Source: Gemmatimonas sp.
GTDB taxonomy: Bacteria > Gemmatimonadota > Gemmatimonadetes > Gemmatimonadales > Gemmatimonadaceae
Direction of reading: 5' to 3'
DNA: 64,000 nucleotides
Assembly (NCBI GenBank): GCA_031414535.1
Contig: JANNVQ010000005.1
Span: 1-64,000 of the forward strand
Positions 39,745 to 50,100 of this stretch are shown piece by piece. The position numbers were made by a program, and so were the translations under genes. How positions within the stretch are numbered: position 1 is the stretch's first letter; every line of letters begins with the position of its first letter. The notes beneath the pieces were generated by a model, which was not told the origin of the DNA, made no database searches, and worked only from the letters and a program-made list of their open reading frames with translations.

Positions 39745-39810
39745 ACCGATTCCGGGTGTGAGAGGTACCCGGTGGGGGTCGGGCCCTGCGTGGGCCGTCG
39801 TAGGAGGACC

Positions 39811-39836
39811 TACGCCGGTGGTGATTCAGCTGTTTC
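39811..39836 (-). promoter_or_regulatory. Putative ECF-sigma promoter GAAAC-N16-GCGTA
   Basis: Matches the site at 12912-12937. Confidence 0.5.
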
Positions 39837-39931
39837 GACAGCCGCACGAGTCAAAGGGTTGCGTCGGCATTTCGGTCTGACCATTCCCTGACATTTGTGC
39901 GTCAACTAGCTTCGGGAATCCCCTCTCGCCC

Positions 39932-41350
39932 ATGATGCAGCCCGCGCCCATAGATCCTGAGCGGTCCATCGCCGCCTTGGTGGCGCCAGACATCCTCGAC
40001 TTGCTCGAGACGGATCCGCGCTCAATCGCTGCGGAGACGGAGGAATTGCATCCGGCGGACTTGGCAGACGTCGCCGAGTTGATTGACCGCAGCCTTGTGC
40101 TGCAACTGCTCTCCGCGCTGCCGGTGGCCCGTGCTTCGCAGGTCCTCGAGTACCTCAGCGAGGAACTGCGCAGCGAGATGCTCGAGACGATGGAACCCGA
40201 GCAGGCGGCCTCGCTGATTGCTGCGATGACGCCCGACGAGCGCGTGAGCGCGCTTGAGGGGATGGACGAAGAAACCGCCGACGAGATTCTCGAAGCGTTC
40301 CCGGAACGGGAACGAGCCGAGACAGAACGCCTGCTCCAGTACGAGCAGGATACGGCCGGCGGCCTGATGACCACGGAGTTTGTGTCCGTGCCGGAGTCCG
40401 ACACGGTTGAAGTCGCGCTGGCGGCCATTCGCACAATTGCGCGGGCAGGGCGCCGCGAGGCGATGCAAACGATTTATGTAGTCGACGCCAGAGGCGTCTT
40501 GACTGGCGTGATGTCCCTGCGCGAACTCTTGGCGGCACCCGAGGGCGCCATCCTCCACGAACTCGCTTGGAGCGAGGTCGTCACGGTGCCCGCCGACGCG
40601 CACCGCGAGACCGTGGCGCAGCTCACGTCCAACTACGACCTCGTGGCCGTGCCCGTCGTAGATGCCGACCGCCGTCTGCTCGGCGTCATCACCGTGGACG
40701 ACGTCATTGACGTTATTCAGGAAGAGCAGACGGAAGACGCGCAGAAGTTCGGCGGCTTGGAAGCGCTCGAGGACCCGTACCTCGAGGTGAGCTTCGGCGA
40801 GCTACTCAAGAAACGCACGCCATGGCTGCTCGTGCTCTTCGTCGGGCAGATGTTCACCGCGGCTGCGATGGGATTCTTTCAAGACTCCATAGCTGCGGCC
40901 ACCGTGCTCGCGCTGTTTGTACCGCTGATTATCTCGTCGGGTGGTAACTCCGGTTCGCAGGCTACCTCGCTGATTATCCGTGCGATGGCGCTGCAAGAAC
41001 TCGGGCCACGCGACTGGAGTCGCGTGCTCGCGCGCGAAGCCGGCATGGGACTCGTGCTCGGCTTTCTCCTTGGCATCGTTGGCGTGCTGCGCATTCTCAT
41101 CTGGCAGTGGATGGGCTTCTATCCGTTTGGCGATCACTACGTGCTCTTGGCCACGACCATCGGCACCACGGTGGTGGGCGTCGTGCTCTTCGGTACGCTC
41201 ACCGGCGCGATGCTGCCCTTCTTGTTGCGTCGCGTGGGCTTTGACCCCGCGTCGGCATCTGCACCGCTGGTGGCCACGCTCGTAGACGTAACCGGCGTGG
41301 TGCTCTACTTCTCGTTGGCGCTACTGCTGCTACGCGGGACATTGCTCTGA
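39932..41350 (+). CDS. mgtE: Magnesium transporter MgtE
   Basis: MgtE_N, CBS pair (AGGLMT, GVITVDD), SSGGNSGSQ, DPASASAPLVATLVDVTG. Confidence 0.95.
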   Translation: MMQPAPIDPERSIAALVAPDILDLLETDPRSIAAETEELHPADLADVAELIDRSLVLQLLSALPVARASQVLEYLSEELRSEMLETMEPEQAASLIAAMTPDERVSALEGMDEETADEILEAFPERERAETERLLQYEQDTAGGLMTTEFVSVPESDTVEVALAAIRTIARAGRREAMQTIYVVDARGVLTGVMSLRELLAAPEGAILHELAWSEVVTVPADAHRETVAQLTSNYDLVAVPVVDADRRLLGVITVDDVIDVIQEEQTEDAQKFGGLEALEDPYLEVSFGELLKKRTPWLLVLFVGQMFTAAAMGFFQDSIAAATVLALFVPLIISSGGNSGSQATSLIIRAMALQELGPRDWSRVLAREAGMGLVLGFLLGIVGVLRILIWQWMGFYPFGDHYVLLATTIGTTVVGVVLFGTLTGAMLPFLLRRVGFDPASASAPLVATLVDVTGVVLYFSLALLLLRGTLL

Positions 41351-42243
41351 TCACGCAACGCAAGGCGGCGCTCTACATCGTCATTGCGGCGAGCGCCTAC
41401 GGATCTTTGAGCATCGTGACGACGCTGGGCGGACGCATCGGCGTCAGCCTCCTCACGATGATGGCTTGGCGCTACGCACTGGCCACGCCGATCCTCGCCA
41501 TCATCGCCGGCCCGCGCCGCTTGGCGGCCGTACCTTGGCGTCGCGGGCTCGCCTTGTTTGTGGTGGGCGGCAGCGGACAGGCTTTGGTTACCTACTTCTC
41601 GCTCTCGGCGCTCGCCTGGCTGCCCGCGGCCTCGCTGGGATTCCTCTTCTATACCTATCCCGCCTGGGTGGCGATTTTCGCGGCCATGAGCGGACTCGAG
41701 AAGCTCACCCCTGTGCGCATCGTCGCGCTCGCGGTGGCGCTCTTTGGCATCACGCTCATGGTGGGCGCACCCTGGAACCTCGCCCTGCCCTGGCCTGGCG
41801 TGTGGCGCGCGCTGCTCAGCGCTGTGATCTATGCCCTGTACATCCCACTGTTACAGAGACTGCGCGGTCCCTTGGACCCTGCGACGGCCTCGGCGTATTT
41901 GATAGCGGGTGCGGCGACCATATTCTTGATCGCTGCTGTACGTAAAGGTGGCGTGCTGCTCGAGATGCACAGCGCGTCCGCGTGGGGGCTCGCCGCAACC
42001 CTTGCGCTGTATTCCACGGTAATCTCGTTCCTCACTTTCTTGCGTGGATTAGAAGTGTTGGGCCCCGTGCGCTCGGCAATTCTGTCCACGACTGAACCGC
42101 TCTTCACCGCTGTACTGGCCTTGCTCATCCTCAATCAAGCACTCGGCGTGCCGACGCTGATTGGCGGGGCTTGCATCGTCGCGGCAATTCTCATCCTCGA
42201 ACGGGCCACTCCACCGACCGATGAACTCCCCCACGCGGCCTGA
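41347..42243 (+). CDS. DMT/EamA family transporter
   Basis: FLFYTYP and STTEP motifs. The first TM helix lies upstream of the ORF-track start at 41407 and is in frame from CTG 41347. Confidence 0.85.
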   Translation: MITQRKAALYIVIAASAYGSLSIVTTLGGRIGVSLLTMMAWRYALATPILAIIAGPRRLAAVPWRRGLALFVVGGSGQALVTYFSLSALAWLPAASLGFLFYTYPAWVAIFAAMSGLEKLTPVRIVALAVALFGITLMVGAPWNLALPWPGVWRALLSAVIYALYIPLLQRLRGPLDPATASAYLIAGAATIFLIAAVRKGGVLLEMHSASAWGLAATLALYSTVISFLTFLRGLEVLGPVRSAILSTTEPLFTAVLALLILNQALGVPTLIGGACIVAAILILERATPPTDELPHAA

Positions 42244-43129
42244 GCAGCCGGATGCTGGCGCCCTCAGCGCTGGCACGCTCTACACACTGCTCGCCGCGGC
42301 GGGATTCGCCGCCGTGAGCATCTTCACCTCGCTCGCCATTGCCGCGGGCCTCTCGCTGGCGACCGTGCTCGCGTGGCGTTACACCATCTCGGCCGTCGCC
42401 CTCACTGGATTCGTGGGCGCGCGTAACTACAAGCGCATTCGCCCCAATGAGATGATGCGCCTCATCGCGCTTGGTGGAGGCGGTCAAGCGCTGCTCGTGT
42501 ACGTCGCGCTCAGCGCGCTCAAGTACATCCCGGCTGCAACGCTGGCGTTCTTGTTTTATACGTATCCGGCCTGGGTAGCATTGGTGCAGAGCGTGCGTGG
42601 CGCCGAGAAGCTCGATGCACGGCGCGGACTCGCGCTCGCGTTGAGCTTCGCGGGCATCGGTGTGATGGTGGGCATGCCGGGCGCCGAGCAGTTGGATTGG
42701 CGTGGCATCGCACTCGCGCTCGGTGCGGCGGCGATCTACGGCGCCTACATCCCGATGATGCGTTGGCTCGCGAAGGATCATCCGGTGGCACCGGTGTCGG
42801 CGTACGGAAAGATTGGTTCGGCGCTGGCGTTTCTTGTGCTCGCCGTGGCCGACCAATCGTTCACGTGGCAGATGGAGCCGCGCACTTGGCTCGTGATTGG
42901 CGCGCTCTCGCTGTTTAGCACGGTGCTGCCGGGTGTGTTCTTCCTGATGGGACTCGTGCGTCTCGGCCCCGTGCGCACCGCGATTGTGTCGACTGTTGAG
43001 CCCTTCCTGACCGCATTGCTCGGCGTGCTCGTGCTCTCGCAGTCGCTGACCTTGCCCACCGTGCTCGGTGGCGTGCTGATTATCTGTGCGGTGGTGTTGC
43101 TCCAGTTCCGGCGTGATCGAGTGGCCTGA
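42221..43129 (+). CDS. DMT/EamA family transporter (tandem paralogue)
   Basis: FLFYTYPAWVA, GPVRTAIVSTVEP; ~10 TM. Confidence 0.88.
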   Translation: MNSPTRPEQPDAGALSAGTLYTLLAAAGFAAVSIFTSLAIAAGLSLATVLAWRYTISAVALTGFVGARNYKRIRPNEMMRLIALGGGGQALLVYVALSALKYIPAATLAFLFYTYPAWVALVQSVRGAEKLDARRGLALALSFAGIGVMVGMPGAEQLDWRGIALALGAAAIYGAYIPMMRWLAKDHPVAPVSAYGKIGSALAFLVLAVADQSFTWQMEPRTWLVIGALSLFSTVLPGVFFLMGLVRLGPVRTAIVSTVEPFLTALLGVLVLSQSLTLPTVLGGVLIICAVVLLQFRRDRVA

Positions 43130-43270
43130 ACTGCGTTCACCACGGAGGCGCGGAGGCGCGGAGACTGCTAGAGATTTTTTGGGGGTCCGCACCGAGACAT
43201 TGGTGCACCCCCTCGCTTTTCCTTGCTTCTGCAGTTCTCCGAGACTCTGTGCCTCCGTGGTGAAGCAGTT
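43129..43270. repeat. REP/MITE-like element with CACGGAGG terminal inverted repeats
   Basis: AACTGCGTTCACCACGGAGGCGCGGAG ... CTCTGTGCCTCCGTGGTGAAGCAGTT. Confidence 0.85.
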
Positions 43271-43963
43271 TCAACCGGTTCGGCGGAACAAAATCACGCC
43301 ACCCACGAGGGAGATGATGGCAAAGGCGAACCACTGCGCCGCGTAGGAGCGGTGCGGCCCAGCGTCGAGGACTGGCGGTGGCAGGCGACGCGGCACAGAG
43401 TCTGCGCGCGCGGCGGAGTCGGAGGTCATCACAAGTTGCACGGGTGCCACCGGGCGACCAAAGCGCGCTTCCGCGGCCTTCACGTTGAGCGAGCGAATGA
43501 GAGTGGGCCGGTCGGCTGGCGGCGCGGGGCCGTCGGGAATGAGCGGCACGAGGTAGCCGCTCAAAGTCACGAACTCCCCTTCGCGCCAGCGCGGCAGATC
43601 TGCCGTGGCTGCGTCCGCCGCATACACCCAGCCGCGCGTGACGAGCAGCAGGGTGTCGTAGCCCGGGCGCTCGAGTGGGGTGAGGAGATGCACGCCGGGC
43701 GAGCCGTTGGATGGCCGCGAGGCGTGAATCTGCTCCACGTCGTAGCGGAAGAATCCGCTCACGGTGACGCGGGTCCAGCGTGAACCGGCGGTGTCGCTGG
43801 CGAGATTGCCGAGCGGCACGGGCGCGGCGGCGAGGCGCTCCACGAGGCCCTGATTGAGGGCGGCGCGTTCGCCGTGGCGGACGAGTTGCCAGACGCCGAG
43901 GCGAGCGAAGAGCGCGGCGAAGGCCAGCGGAATCAGCAAGGACAGGATGGACTTAACGCGCAT
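43271..43963 (-). CDS. SURF1 family protein
   Basis: LGVWQLVR, GVHLLTPL, VTRGWV, HRSYAAQWF. Confidence 0.9.
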   Translation of the reverse strand: MRVKSILSLLIPLAFAALFARLGVWQLVRHGERAALNQGLVERLAAAPVPLGNLASDTAGSRWTRVTVSGFFRYDVEQIHASRPSNGSPGVHLLTPLERPGYDTLLLVTRGWVYAADAATADLPRWREGEFVTLSGYLVPLIPDGPAPPADRPTLIRSLNVKAAEARFGRPVAPVQLVMTSDSAARADSVPRRLPPPVLDAGPHRSYAAQWFAFAIISLVGGVILFRRTG

Positions 43964-44062
43964 GGAGGTAAGGATAATCCAGAGCCGGCCCCATCCAGTC
44001 CGCCCACCGGAGGAGGCACAAAATGTGCTTTAGTTTTGGACGAGGGCAAGAGTGCCCCGTCC

Positions 44063-44078
44063 TGTGACATAAGTCACA
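44063..44078. promoter_or_regulatory. Perfect CRP-family box TGTGA-N6-TCACA
   Basis: TGTGACATAAGTCACA in the SURF1/giant-gene divergent region; TATAAT at 44146 and AAGGAAG RBS at 44152. Confidence 0.65.
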
Positions 44079-44165
44079 CGGGCTGCTGGATTTGCGTCCT
44101 GTCGGCCCGGGCTGTGGACAGGTAATTTTGTGTCGCGTCCCCACATATAATAAGGAAGTATCTAC

Positions 44166-47100
44166 GTGCCACGACCGGCCCAGCGCCGCCTCGTCTATCT
44201 GACGACGGCCTTCGCCCTCTCCCTCCTTTCATGCGGCCGTGAAGTCACCGGCCCTGAAAATGGGATCACGATTGGCCGGCGCATCGGGAACATTGCGATA
44301 GCACCGCAGATGCCAACGCTGATGCAGGTGGTGCAGGGCGCCGGAGACGCGGTGCCATTCACTCGGGTGCGCGTGGTGCTGCGCAACGTGGACGGATCCA
44401 TCGCGAAGGACACGATGGTGGACTTCCCGTCGAATGCCGATTCCGTGGCACTCGCGCTGCAATTGCCGATACCCCTCACGTCGCCCGACAGCGGACTCGC
44501 ACTCTCGCTGACTATGGCCTACGTGAATGCCAGCGGCGACACGGTGTTCCGCGGTGGACCAAACTCGATTGTGGCGCGCCCGTTGGGGACGAGCGGCGCC
44601 AACGTTCCGGTGGTCATCCCGGTGACCTACGACGGCGCTGGTAAGGATGCGGCTCGCGTAGCCATCACGCCCAAGACTGGCACGGGCGTCGCGGGGACGA
44701 CGCGGGCTTTCAGTGGCACGGCCTTCGATGCACAGAACGCGCCGATTGCCAATACGCCATTTGTCTTCTTTTCCACCGACACCTTGCGCGCCAAGGTGAA
44801 CGCCTCGACGGGCGTCGCCAGCTGGCAGGCCGTGCGCGGACTCGCCCGCATTGTGGCAGCACTACCGAACGGCAATCGCGCGGACACCGCCACCTTCCTC
44901 ATCTCGCTACCGGCGTCCAAGCTCGTGCTCGGAGCCGGCGCTGCGCAGACGGGCGCCGTGAATGCGCCATTGGCTGATTCCATCGTACTGCGCACGCTGG
45001 CCAGCGACGATGTGCCCGTGGGGGGCGTCATCGTCAACTTCGTCGTGGCTACCGGTGGCGGCAGTCTGCTCGCGTTGACGGACACCTCCGACATCAACGG
45101 CAACGTGTCCACCAAGTGGACGCTCGGCGCCGCGCTTGGCGCGCAGACCATCACGGCCACGGCCACCGGTCTCACCGGCTCGCCGTTGACGGGCTCGCCA
45201 TTCACCATCAGCGCCACTGGCGTCGCTGGCACGGCGTCGCGGCTTGATATCACGGCGCAGCCGAGCTCAGCCACGGCAGGTGTACCGTTCGCCCCGGCCA
45301 TCGTGGTGCAGGCGCGTGATGCGTTCGGCAATCTCGCCACGAATTTCACTGGCAACGTCAGCATCGCAATGACCGGAGCTCAGGCTCCGCCGCTCGGCGG
45401 CACCGCCATTCGCGCGGCCGTCGGCGGCATCGCCACGTTCAGCGATCTCAGCATCAACGTGGTCGGCAGCTACACGCTCGCCGTCACGAGTGGCGCGCTC
45501 ACGCCCGATACGACGACGAGCATCGGCATCAGGCCCGCCGCAGCGGCCGTGCTTGAGTTCGTGTCGGAGCCCGCGGGCGCCGTGGCCGGCGCAGCCTTCG
45601 TACCGCCGGTGACGGTGCGTGCACGCGATGCATTCGGTAATGTGGACACCGCGTTCACGGGGACCGTCGCACTCAGCCTCTTGAACGGCGGTAGCGCCGT
45701 GCTGAGCGGTAGCACCTCGCAGGCGGCCGTGAGCGGTCTCGCCACGTTCAGTTCGCTCTCAGTGAACCTCGTCGGCGCTACGTACAGCCTACGGGCCAAC
45801 TCCGGCGCGCTCACGCCCGATACCAGCAGCGTGTTCGGCATCACGCCCTCGGCACCGACGCAGATCTCACTCATCGGCGGCGGCGCGCAGACGGGTGCGG
45901 TGAGCGCAGCACTGGCGCAGCCGATCGTCGTGGAAGTGCGCGACGCTCAGGGCAACCTGGTGCCAGGCGCGACCGTGAACTTCAGCATCGTCACGGGCGG
46001 CGGCACGGCACTCCCGCCAAACGCCGCTACGAATGCCTCAGGCCAGGCCTCCACCGTGTGGACCATGGGCAGCGCGCTTGGTGCTCAGGAAGCGAGAGCC
46101 TCGCTCGCGGTAGCGCCCACGGTGTTCGTGGCCGTGCCGGCCACTGCTACACCGGGCGTGCCAGCGCAGGTGGTGATCACGCAGGCACCGAGCGCCGCGG
46201 TTGCGGGCACGGCCTTCGCGCCCGTGGTGACGGCGGAAGTGCGCGACGCCAGCGGGAATGTGGTGACGAGCTTCGCTGGTAACGTCTCGCTCACCTTCGG
46301 TTCAGCGCCGCCAACAGCGGCCTTGTTTGGCACGACAACGGTCGCGGCCGTGAATGGCGTCGCGACGTTTAACGGACTGAGTGCTCAGAGGGCCGGAGCG
46401 GGCTACACGCTCGTCGCATCTGCGGCGGGCTTCAACTCCCTGCCCTCGGCGGTGTTTGCCGTGGCACCGAGTACGCCGGCGCAGTTCGGCATTCTGGACG
46501 GCAACAATCAGACTGGCGTGGCGGGCGGAGTATTCCCAAGCCCGCTGCGCGTGTACGTACGCGACCAGTTCGGCAATCCGATTGCTGGAGCCGTGACGAG
46601 TTGGAACGCACAGGGCGTGGTCACCTTGGCACAGACCTCCGTGCTCAGCGACGTGAACGGCGTTGCGGCGAACACCGCGACTATGGGGTCAATCCCAGGC
46701 GCGCAGGCCCGCGGACCGACAGTCACCACGGCTGGCGTTGATACCACGGTCATCTTTGCGCACACGGTCACCGCTGGCGCAGCCGCGCAGGTGGTGGTCA
46801 CGCAGGCGCCGAGCGCTGGTGTGGCGGGCGTGGCCCTACCGGTGCTTGTCGCAGAAGTGCGCGACGCACTGGGTAACGTCGTTCCCACGTACACGGGACT
46901 CGTCGAGGCCGCGCTGAGCACCAACCCCAGCAGCACGACGCTGGCCGGTACGCTCTCCGTGAACGCGGTGGCCGGTGTTGCCACCTTCAACAACCTCATT
47001 ATCAATGGCGCTGCGGTTGGCTACAGGCTCCGAGCACGATTGAGTGTTGAGGGCTACGAGTCTGCGGAATCAGCAGCTTTCAACGTGGCCGCGGCAGCCC

Positions 47101-50100
47101 CCGCTTCGATTGCCTTTGTGAGCGGACAGACCCAGAGCGGTGCGGCCGGCGCGTTGATGCCGGATAGCATCATCGTCGTGGTGCGTGACGCATTCAATAA
47201 TCCTGTTGCTGGCCAGTCGGTGACGTTTGCCGCGCTTGCCGGCGCGTCGAGCGTGTCGCAGACCTCCGTCCTCACTAACGCTGCGGGACGTGCGGCCGTC
47301 CGCGCCAACTTCGGCAACACGGTGGGCGGTCCGCTGCCAGGCGTGCGCGCCACAACGCCTGGCGTTGGGACGGTGCTTGAGACAACGGTGAGCATCGCAG
47401 CCGGCGCAGCCTCACAGTTGGCGGTGACCACGACGCCGTTCGCGAGCGTGATTGCGGGCACACCGTTCAGCATCAGCGCTCTGGTGCGCGATGCACTCGG
47501 CAACACTGCCGTGGCGTTCACGGATTCCATTAGCATTGCGATTCTCAGTGGTCCTGGCGGTGCAACGTTGAGCGGAATCACCAGACTTCCCGCTGTGACG
47601 GGAGCTCGTGAGTTCGCAGCGCTCAGCCTCGACCGCGCGGGCACATACCAGCTCGTGGTCTCCGCCACGGGCTTGGCGAGCGCGAACACGTTCAGCTTCA
47701 ACGTCACGCCTGCCGCCGCCGCAACGCTCACGCTCGCGGGTGGCAACGCCCAGACCGGCGCGGTCAACACCACGTTGGCGAATTCGCTGGATGTGCAGGC
47801 CCGCGATGCATTCAATAACGCCATCGTTGGCGCGTTGGTCACGTGGACGGTGTCCTCAGGCGCCGCGAACATGACGGTCACCACTTCGCTCACTGACGCC
47901 AACGGTGTCGCGAGCAGCGGGGTGGTGCTCGGGACTACGACAGGGGCCGTGACGGTGGCGGCCACGCTGGCACCCTTGCCCGCCGTGAACTTCACCGCAA
48001 CGGCCACGGCTGGCGCGCCGGTTTCACTGGCTGAAGTCGTAGCGCCCACGAGTGGTATCGTCGGCACGGCGCTGCCCAGCTTCAGCTACGTCGTGCGGGA
48101 TCAGTTCGGCAATACGGCCACGAGCCACAACAACGTGACGGCCTTTGCCACGCTGCAGAACGCCGCTGCTGGCCAGGGAACACCGGAAGTCATCAGTGGC
48201 GCGAGCGTCCTGGTCGCAAACGGCGTCGCGACGTGGAACGGGTACATCGCGAGGACGGCGGGCCAGTATCGCATCGTCGCAGACTTCGGTGGCACGCTGG
48301 GTACGATCACCAGCGGGATCATCACCATCGCGCCGGGCGCGGCCGCCGTGCTCGAGAGCGTGAGTGGTGATGCGCAGAGTGGCGTGGTGGTAACCAACCT
48401 CGCCAACCCACTGCGCGTGCGCGTCACCGACACGTACGGCAACGGTGTCAGCGGCGTGACGGTGAACTTCAGCAGCCTCGGGGGATTTGCGAGCTTCTCT
48501 AATCCGGTGCCCGTCACGGACGGCGCAGGCGTCGCCGAGGGTGTCGTGACCTTAGGCGATTCGGCGACGGTGGTAACTCTGGTCGCAACTGTGGCTGGCC
48601 TCACGCCGGACTCGTTGCTCTTCACGGCGACTGCGCTTCCTGGCGCCGCCAACGGATTCTTCCTCGTGAGCGGCGACGCGCAGACGGCGCAGGCGGGCGT
48701 CGCGGCACCAGACTCGGTGATCGTGCGCGTGCACGATGCATACGGCAACAACGCGCCGGGCGTGACCGTGACCTTCTCCACGGCCGATGACCTCACGTTC
48801 AGCAACGCGGTGGTCGTATCGGACGCCGCGGGCCTCGCTGCTACGCGGGTCATCGCGGGCGCGTCGCTCAGCTTGCGGAACTTCACCGCCGGCGCCGCGG
48901 GCGCGAGCCCCATCGCGCTTACGGTGACGGTCGTACCTGGCGATGCCACAACGATTGACATCGTCTCGGCGGCGGTCGCGTCCACAATAGCAGGGCTGAC
49001 GCTTGATCCCGTGACGGTCAACCTGCGCGATGCGCTGGGCAATGTCGCCACGGCGTACACGGATTCCGTGGTGGTGAGCATCCAGACGGGCCCGGTTGGC
49101 GCGACGCTGGGCGGTACGCTGCGTCGAGCCGCGCCTGGCGGCGTGGCAAGCTTCACCAATCTCTCGCTCGACTTGGCTGGTGCGTACAGCCTGCGCGTGG
49201 AGCGCGCCGGACTCACGTCCGACACGACGCCCACGTTCAACATCAGCGCCGCGGCTCCGGCCTCGGTGACGCTCATCTCCGGTAACACGCAGTCTGGCGC
49301 GGTGAGCAGCACGCTGCCGCTGCCGCTGGTGGTGGAAGTACGCGATGTATTCAACAACGTGGTGCCAGGCGCTGGTGTGCTGTGGAGCGTCACGACGAGT
49401 GCCGCGACCCCCGGCAGCAGCGCAGTGATCACAGACGCCAATGGCCGTGCGAGCACGACGCTGCAACTCAGCACCGTGCCGGGCCCGGCGGTGGTGAATG
49501 CCACGGTGCTCGCGCTGACGCCGGTGGTGTTCAATGCGACCGCGGTGGCTGGCACGGCGGTGACGCCCGTGGAGACTGTGGCGCCAGCTGGTGCTACGGC
49601 AGGCGCAGCGCTCGGCTCCTTCAGCTACTCCGTGGAAGACCAGTTCGGTAATCTCGCAACGAGCTACAGCGGCACCGCGACGGTCTCGCTGCAGCAGGCC
49701 GACGCCGGCCAGCCAGTCCCGGTCATTGTCAGCGGTGATACCGCCGCTGTCGTCAACGGCGTTGCGACTTGGAACGCACTTCTCGTCACGTCGGCGGGCC
49801 AGTACCGGATTGTCGCGGACTTCGGTGGCACGCTGGGCACGGTCACGAGCGGCATCATCACGATTGCACCAGCAGCGGCATCCGTTCTCACGGCGGAATC
49901 GGGCGGTGGACAGTCCGGCGTCGTCCTGACGGACCTCCCCCAGCCCTTCGTGGCGCGCGTCACCGACGTCTACGGCAACGGCGTGCCCGACGTCTTGGTG
50001 AACTGGAGCGCCCCGGCCGGCTTCTTCACCTATCCCGCCGTGGTGACGGGATCCGACGGCCGGTCCGTCAACGGGGGCAGGCTGACTGACTCCGCGACCA

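Noticed and set aside
39840..39931. Possible Mg2+ (M-box) riboswitch before mgtE
   Set aside because: The leader is too short and has no recognisable conserved motifs
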